From assembly GCA_028679325.1 (NCBI GenBank), contig JAJRBS010000171.1:1-48777 (forward strand): a DNA stretch of 48,777 bases, in the 5' to 3' direction. Positions 44,447 to 48,777 of this stretch are shown piece after piece; position 1 is the first letter of the stretch, and each line of letters opens with the position of its first letter. Under the pieces are notes generated by a model. It had not been told where the DNA came from. It worked only from the letters and a program-made list of their open reading frames with translations, and ran no database searches. The position numbers and the translations under genes were made by a program. Source of the DNA: Methanoregulaceae archaeon (GTDB lineage Archaea > Halobacteriota > Methanomicrobia > Methanomicrobiales > Methanospirillaceae).

Positions 44447-45501
44447 AAGGCACTGCGGCGGACAGGGAACAGACACCAGCGGGCTGCGGTTTTTTCATGC
44501 CAGCCGAGTGGGAGGCTCAGAGCGGGGTCTGGCTCTCGTGGCCTCATGATGAAGAGACATTCCCGGACCTCGAGGGCGTGAAGGAGACCTATGCTGATAT
44601 CATCTGCGCTGTCTGCGAGCATGAACATGTCCATCTCCTGGTCAGGGATACCGATGACCTGAAGGAAGCGAAGAACCTGATCGCCAGGAGAACATGCCCC
44701 TCTCCACACAACCTGGTGCCCCACGAGGTGGATTATGCCGATGTCTGGATCCGCGACTACGGACCGAGCTTTATCGTGAACCGGGAGAGGGCGGAGATTG
44801 CCATGGTCGACTGGACGTTCAATGCCTGGGGCAATAAGTACCCTGCACTCCTGGGGGACGATCTCGTCCCTTCGATCATCAACGAAGAGCTGCGGTTGAC
44901 CCGGTTCTGCCCCGGAATCGTTCTCGAAGGGGGATCGATCGATGTCAACGGCAGGGGGATGGTCATGACCACCGAGCAGTGCCTCTTCCATAAAAATAGG
45001 AACCCTGATCTCTCCCGAACGGATCTCGAGGAGATTCTCTGCCGGTACCTGGGCGTCCTCAAAGTTATCTGGCTGAAGGAGGGTATCGCAGGCGATGATA
45101 CAGACGGCCATATCGATGATGTCGCCCGGTTCGTGGGCGAACGGACGGTGATCTGTGCATTCGAAGAGGATCCAGAGGACGAGAACCACCTTCCCCTTAG
45201 GGAGAATTTCAGGATCTTGTCGCAGGAGACCGATCTTTCCGGGCGGCCTCTTAACGTGATTCCCCTTCCCCTGCCGGGCAGGGTCGGGGATGACCGGAGA
45301 CTCCCGGCCAGCTACGCGAACTTCCTCGTCACCAACAGGGCCGTCCTGTTCCCGGTCTTCAACCATCCAAACGACCGGAAGGCGAAGGCTGTCCTGGAAT
45401 CTGTCTTTCCGGGGAGGGAGCCTGTTGGGATTGACTGCAGGGCACTTGTGCAGGGGCTTGGTGCCATTCACTGTATCAGCCAGCAGCAGCCGCTTCCCTA
45501 A
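44443..45501 (+). CDS. aguA: agmatine deiminase
   Basis: 352 aa. Motifs: MPAEWE, WIRDYGP, DGHIDD, and the C-terminal catalytic Cys in GAIHCISQQQP. Confidence 0.9.
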   Translation: MKGTAADREQTPAGCGFFMPAEWEAQSGVWLSWPHDEETFPDLEGVKETYADIICAVCEHEHVHLLVRDTDDLKEAKNLIARRTCPSPHNLVPHEVDYADVWIRDYGPSFIVNRERAEIAMVDWTFNAWGNKYPALLGDDLVPSIINEELRLTRFCPGIVLEGGSIDVNGRGMVMTTEQCLFHKNRNPDLSRTDLEEILCRYLGVLKVIWLKEGIAGDDTDGHIDDVARFVGERTVICAFEEDPEDENHLPLRENFRILSQETDLSGRPLNVIPLPLPGRVGDDRRLPASYANFLVTNRAVLFPVFNHPNDRKAKAVLESVFPGREPVGIDCRALVQGLGAIHCISQQQPLP

Positions 45502-45679
45502 AGGGTAAAAAAAACGTTGTCTGGTTGCAGACTGGCGAAGATGCGGGGTTGATCAGGAGGTAATGATGATCTCATCTCCGCCAAGCCTGCGGGGGGTTTC
45601 TGATGACCTATGTTGCCGGAAATCCTTCCGGACAACCAGATCTCTTTAACATGATCATCTTAAAGATTTCGATTTTTCG

Positions 45680-46636
45680 GTGATCTCGGATACGATCCTC
45701 TATATCCCCCGAAAGGAGATATTGGAGAACGTGGAGAGCGATGAATCCCGGGAAAAGAGAGCGCGTGTCGTTCCCGGGAGGGTCTGGTTCAGGCACCCGG
45801 CAGCAGGGGAACTGGCAGAGCAGGGTCTCCGGGGGGTCGATATGCACTGCCACACCAACCACTCGGATGCTCCTGTCAGCATCGCCGACGCCCTGGCGAG
45901 GGCGAGGGGCCGGGGAATCGGCCTGGCGGTGACCGACCATAACGTGATATCGGGAAGCCTGGCCGCCGTGAAGGAAGCGCCGGACCTTCTGCTTATACCC
46001 GGCATCGAGGTGAGCGCATTCGACGGGCCGCACATCCTGGTGTACTTCTACTCTACGGCAGATCTCAGGCATTTTTACCTGCACTGCATCAGGGACCGGG
46101 TTCAGGAGAGCCCGTTTCTGGCCATCCGGGCCACGACATCAGAGATCCTCGACATGGCAGACAGTTATTCCTGCATCTGTGCTGCCGCCCACCCCTATGG
46201 GTACCTCATCTTCAACAAGGGAATCGGGAGGTGTGTTGAACGGGACTACCTGCCCGAAGATCTCATTCCCCGTTTTGATGCCCTCGAGGCGATCTGCGGG
46301 GGGATGAACCGGACAGGAAACGTCCGGGCAATGCACCTTGCCGAGAGGCACGATCTCGGGATCGTCGGGGGATCCGACGCCCACCTTCTCTCCGACTACG
46401 GCACAGTCCTGACGTTCTCCCCGGCGGACACGGTCGGTGATTTTCTCGATAACGTCAGGCAGCACAAAAACTTCGTCATCGGGAAAGAGAAGAATATCTT
46501 CGAGAAAGGGCTGATGGGAACTGCCCTCATCGCCCGGTACCTTCCCTACACCATCCCGTCCCTCTCGATCCACTATGAGCAGAACATACCGCGGGTCAGA
46601 AGGTTTCTCCGGAGGGCAGGGGGACTGCGGAAATGA
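45680..46636 (+). CDS. PHP-domain metal-dependent phosphoesterase
   Basis: 318 aa, with a GTG start in the track. PHP motifs: DMHCHTNHSD, AVTDHN, AAHP, GGSDAH. Confidence 0.8.
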   Translation: MISDTILYIPRKEILENVESDESREKRARVVPGRVWFRHPAAGELAEQGLRGVDMHCHTNHSDAPVSIADALARARGRGIGLAVTDHNVISGSLAAVKEAPDLLLIPGIEVSAFDGPHILVYFYSTADLRHFYLHCIRDRVQESPFLAIRATTSEILDMADSYSCICAAAHPYGYLIFNKGIGRCVERDYLPEDLIPRFDALEAICGGMNRTGNVRAMHLAERHDLGIVGGSDAHLLSDYGTVLTFSPADTVGDFLDNVRQHKNFVIGKEKNIFEKGLMGTALIARYLPYTIPSLSIHYEQNIPRVRRFLRRAGGLRK

Positions 46637-46690
46637 CCCTGCCGAAGAAGGAACCCCTCTCCGTCAACCCGTGAAAAGAGATCCCTTTCC

Positions 46691-47779
46691 ATGACCGGCA
46701 CACCCCGTATTATCCTTCATATCGATATGGACAGTTTTTTTGCGTCAGTAGAAGTGAGGGAGCACCCCGAGCTTGCCGGAAGACCGGTTATCGTCGGGGC
46801 AAACCCACAGGAGGGGAAAGGGAGAGGGGTGGTGAGCACCAGTTCCTATGAGGCCCGGAAGTACGGCGTACACTCTGCCATGCCGATATCCCGGGCCTAC
46901 CAGCTCTGCCCGGAGGGGGTCTACATCCCGCCCCACTTCCCCCTTTACCGGCAGGCTTCCCGGGCGGTCATGCAGATCCTCTCCCGTTACGCCGACCGTG
47001 TCGAGCAGGTGAGCATCGATGAGGCCTACCTGGACCTGAGCGCGCTCGGGTCTTTCGTGATTGCCCGCAGGGTTGCGGAGGGGATAAAGGCCGTGATACG
47101 GGGTGAGGAAGGACTCACCTGTTCAGTCGGCGTGGCGTCCGGGAGGGTGATCGCAAAGATTGCAGCGGGTTTTGCCAAGCCCGATGGCCTGACAGTCGTG
47201 CCACCGGAGTCAGCCGCGGCCTTCCTCTCCCCCCTGCCGGTAGAGAAGATACCGGGTATCGGTAAAAAGACGGCCCGGATCCTGCATGGCATGGGCATCT
47301 TCACCATCGGGGACCTGGCCGGGGCAGATGTCCAGAAGCTTATCGGCAGGTTCGGGCGTTCAGTGGTTGGGCTGCAGAGGCTTGCCCAGGGAGGCGACGA
47401 AAGCGGGCTCCGGGAATTCCAGGAGAGCCGATCGGTATCCCGGGAGGTCACCTTCGATGAGGACACGAACGACGAAGTTACCCTCATCTCAACCCTTGAA
47501 GATCTCTCCCGGGACCTCTTTACCGCCATCAGTGAGGAGAAGTTGTCCTACCGGACAGTCACGGTGAAGCTGCGGTACCATGACTTCTTCACCCGGACAA
47601 AGGCCCGGAGCACTGAGCTCTATCGCCGTGACCAGAGGACCATCCTCTCTCTCTCCCGGGAACTCTTTGCCGAACTCTACAGCGGCGAGAAAGTCCGGCT
47701 CCTCGGACTCCGGCTCTCCTCCCTGAAGGGGGACGTGTCCGGCCAGAAGAAGATCGACGATTTCCTGGATACTTCCTGA
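46691..47779 (+). CDS. dinB: Y-family DNA polymerase IV (Dpo4/DinB)
   Basis: 362 aa. Motifs: ILHIDMDSFFASVE, SIDEAYLD, IPGIGKKT. Confidence 0.95.
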   Translation: MTGTPRIILHIDMDSFFASVEVREHPELAGRPVIVGANPQEGKGRGVVSTSSYEARKYGVHSAMPISRAYQLCPEGVYIPPHFPLYRQASRAVMQILSRYADRVEQVSIDEAYLDLSALGSFVIARRVAEGIKAVIRGEEGLTCSVGVASGRVIAKIAAGFAKPDGLTVVPPESAAAFLSPLPVEKIPGIGKKTARILHGMGIFTIGDLAGADVQKLIGRFGRSVVGLQRLAQGGDESGLREFQESRSVSREVTFDEDTNDEVTLISTLEDLSRDLFTAISEEKLSYRTVTVKLRYHDFFTRTKARSTELYRRDQRTILSLSRELFAELYSGEKVRLLGLRLSSLKGDVSGQKKIDDFLDTS

Positions 47780-47903
47780 AAAGATCCCCGGGAGCCGTCA
47801 TCCTGGAGAAAGGGACGGGATCGCGAACGGGGATGTCCGGGACAAGAGGAGACCCGCTCAAGACCCGAGGGGATCCATGCCTGCCAGGTGTCTATGGATT
47901 GTC

Positions 47904-48221
47904 TCAACCGGCTCTTCTCTTCAGAGCATGGTCAATCATGTGGTCAATGACCTCGACTGGTATCTCGATATAGCCTGTCCGGCCGCTGACTGCCATCCAG
48001 TTGTTCAGGGAGAGAGCAATGGAAAGGAGAGAGACAGAGTTGACTGTCCGGGAGAGGATTTTGCGGACTATCTCCTCCTTGTTCACGATATGCGACCGGT
48101 ACTGGAGCTCAATCATACGGATATGCGCAAGGAACTCTGCCTCCGGGCCCCCCTGCCCGGATGCAGCTCCGCCACGATGATCTCCCATGCACAAACCTGT
48201 TGCAGGGAGGGGGATAATCAT
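47904..48221 (-). CDS. hypothetical protein (weak call; start uncertain)
   Basis: The C-terminal ~70 aa (MIELQYRSHIVNKEEIVRKILSRTVNSVSLLSIALSLNNWMAVSGRTGYIEIPVEVIDHMIDHALKRRAG) look protein-like and helical. The N-terminal 35 aa are Gly-rich and doubtful. An alternative ATG is at 48116. Confidence 0.35.
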   Translation of the reverse strand: MIIPLPATGLCMGDHRGGAASGQGGPEAEFLAHIRMIELQYRSHIVNKEEIVRKILSRTVNSVSLLSIALSLNNWMAVSGRTGYIEIPVEVIDHMIDHALKRRAG

Positions 48222-48295
48222 TCCGGGGTTTACCCGGTATCCTTTCGGGAAGGGCAGAGATATTATCTTTCGTGGTGAAATGATAAGTAGAAACC

Positions 48296-48777
48296 ATGGC
48301 CCCCGGAAGGTCCGAATACTACGTTCTCATCCTGTTCGAGTTCCTCTTCCTCCTCCTAGCAGTGCAGGCTGTCATCATCGAGGACACGACCCGTTTTTAC
48401 GGAGTCCTTGCCTCCATGGTGCTTGCCCTCTTCCCCGTCCTTGCAGAATGGGGACTGTCGGTCAGGCTTACACCCGGTGTGAAGACCGTGATCGCCCTGG
48501 CCCTCCTCCTCCATGTTGCCGGCGGCATCAACCGCTGGTACTGGAAGTTTGCTCCCTACTACGACAAACTGGCCCATGTGGTAGCGGCAATGGCGGTCGG
48601 GATGACCATCCTCTCTCTCTTCCTGGTCCTTGACACATGGAAGATCAGGGCCAGTCCGGGAAGGATCATTGCAGGGATGATCATCATCGTTGTTGTTCTC
48701 GGGGGGCTCTGGGAGATCGGTGAGTACTCCATCGACCTGCTCGTCCGTTCTTCGTACAATAACGGGGTGATGGATAC
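48296..48777 (+). CDS. integral membrane protein; the C-terminus runs off the window end
   Basis: My own translation from the ATG at 48296: MAPGRSEYYVLILFEFLFLLLAVQAVIIEDTTRFYGVLASMVLALFPVLAEWGLSVRLTPGVKTVIALALLLHVAGGINRWYWKFAPYYDKLAHVVAAMAVGMTILSLFLVL... It has at least 5 hydrophobic helices and no stop in the window, so it is absent from the track. Confidence 0.7.
   Translation, partial: MAPGRSEYYVLILFEFLFLLLAVQAVIIEDTTRFYGVLASMVLALFPVLAEWGLSVRLTPGVKTVIALALLLHVAGGINRWYWKFAPYYDKLAHVVAAMAVGMTILSLFLVLDTWKIRASPGRIIAGMIIIVVVLGGLWEIGEYSIDLLVRSSYNNGVMD

Noticed and set aside
44104-45471. A very long (455-aa) minus-strand ORF lies opposite aguB/aguA.
   Set aside because: The plus-strand frames carry unmistakable CN-hydrolase and agmatine deiminase motifs and are translationally coupled. 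The antisense product is Arg/Pro-rich with no motif. It is a typical shadow ORF in GC-rich DNA. The same reasoning applies to 27085..27948(-), 30055..30924(-), 36585..37403(+), 37518..38501(+), 34172..34777(-) and 40945..41670(-).
48187-48633. A 148-aa plus-strand track ORF (MHKPVAGRGIIIPGF...).
   Set aside because: It is Arg/Pro/Cys-rich and not protein-like. The alternative plus frame starting at 48296 encodes a coherent multi-helix membrane protein that runs to the window end.
1-48777. Mobile elements, prophage or defence islands (integrases, transposases, restriction-modification, toxin-antitoxin, cas).
   Set aside because: No ORF in any frame showed recognisable integrase or transposase (DDE, Tyr or Ser recombinase) motifs, or defence-system motifs. 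No terminal inverted repeats or tRNA-flanked boundaries were seen by eye. The only hints of foreign origin are the bacterial-style ATPase operon and the orphan gene plus the 39-40 kb island with no supported CDS.

Overview
A GC-rich, densely coding archaeal chromosome segment. Gene content suggests a Methanomicrobia-like euryarchaeon, but the window holds no rRNA or mcr marker to confirm this. I support about 47 CDS. By eye I found no rRNA, tRNA, CRISPR array, integrase or transposase.

Layout:
(1) 1-6.8 kb, housekeeping: partial gamma-carbonic-anhydrase-like LbH protein, archaeal PPAT, TPR protein, pyrI-pyrB, Rsm22-like methyltransferase, fused ADP-forming acetyl-CoA synthetase.
(2) 7.2-12.4 kb, a minus-strand signalling trio: a PEGA/Pro-Thr-rich surface protein, an ArsR-wHTH::FHA regulator, and a polytopic receptor Hanks-type Ser/Thr kinase carrying a near-copy of the surface protein's ectodomain.
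(3) 12.5-15.4 kb: endonuclease V, a multi-pass transporter-like protein, a tandem-USP protein.
(4) 15.6-25.3 kb: the canonical A1AO ATP synthase operon atpHIKECFABD (minus strand). A 109-aa ORF is translationally coupled to atpD. A convergent 43%-identical paralog lies across a repeat-bearing spacer.
(5) 26.0-33.1 kb: a second, divergently transcribed 7-gene V-type ATPase operon (E, DUF2764-like, A, B, D, I, K). This is the minimal bacterial-style layout, and its duplicated proteolipid appears to keep Na+-ligand residues.
(6) 33.2-38.8 kb: a second tandem-USP paralog and a livGF / livMHJ ABC transporter.
(7) 38.85-40.0 kb: a 1.15-kb island with no supported CDS, holding a TATA-like box, three degenerate ~95-98 bp tandem repeats, hairpins and a hairpin+T9 terminator.
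(8) 40.0-48.8 kb: small hypothetical protein, AMP-forming acyl-CoA synthetase, HDAC-family deacetylase, aguB-aguA, a PHP phosphoesterase plus dinB pair, a weak hypothetical, and a partial membrane protein.

The most interesting candidates are the kinase/FHA-HTH/PEGA module, the head-to-head pair of rotary ATPases, the atpD-coupled small-protein family, and the 1.15-kb island with no supported CDS. All functional calls rest on motif recognition by eye. No database search was possible.
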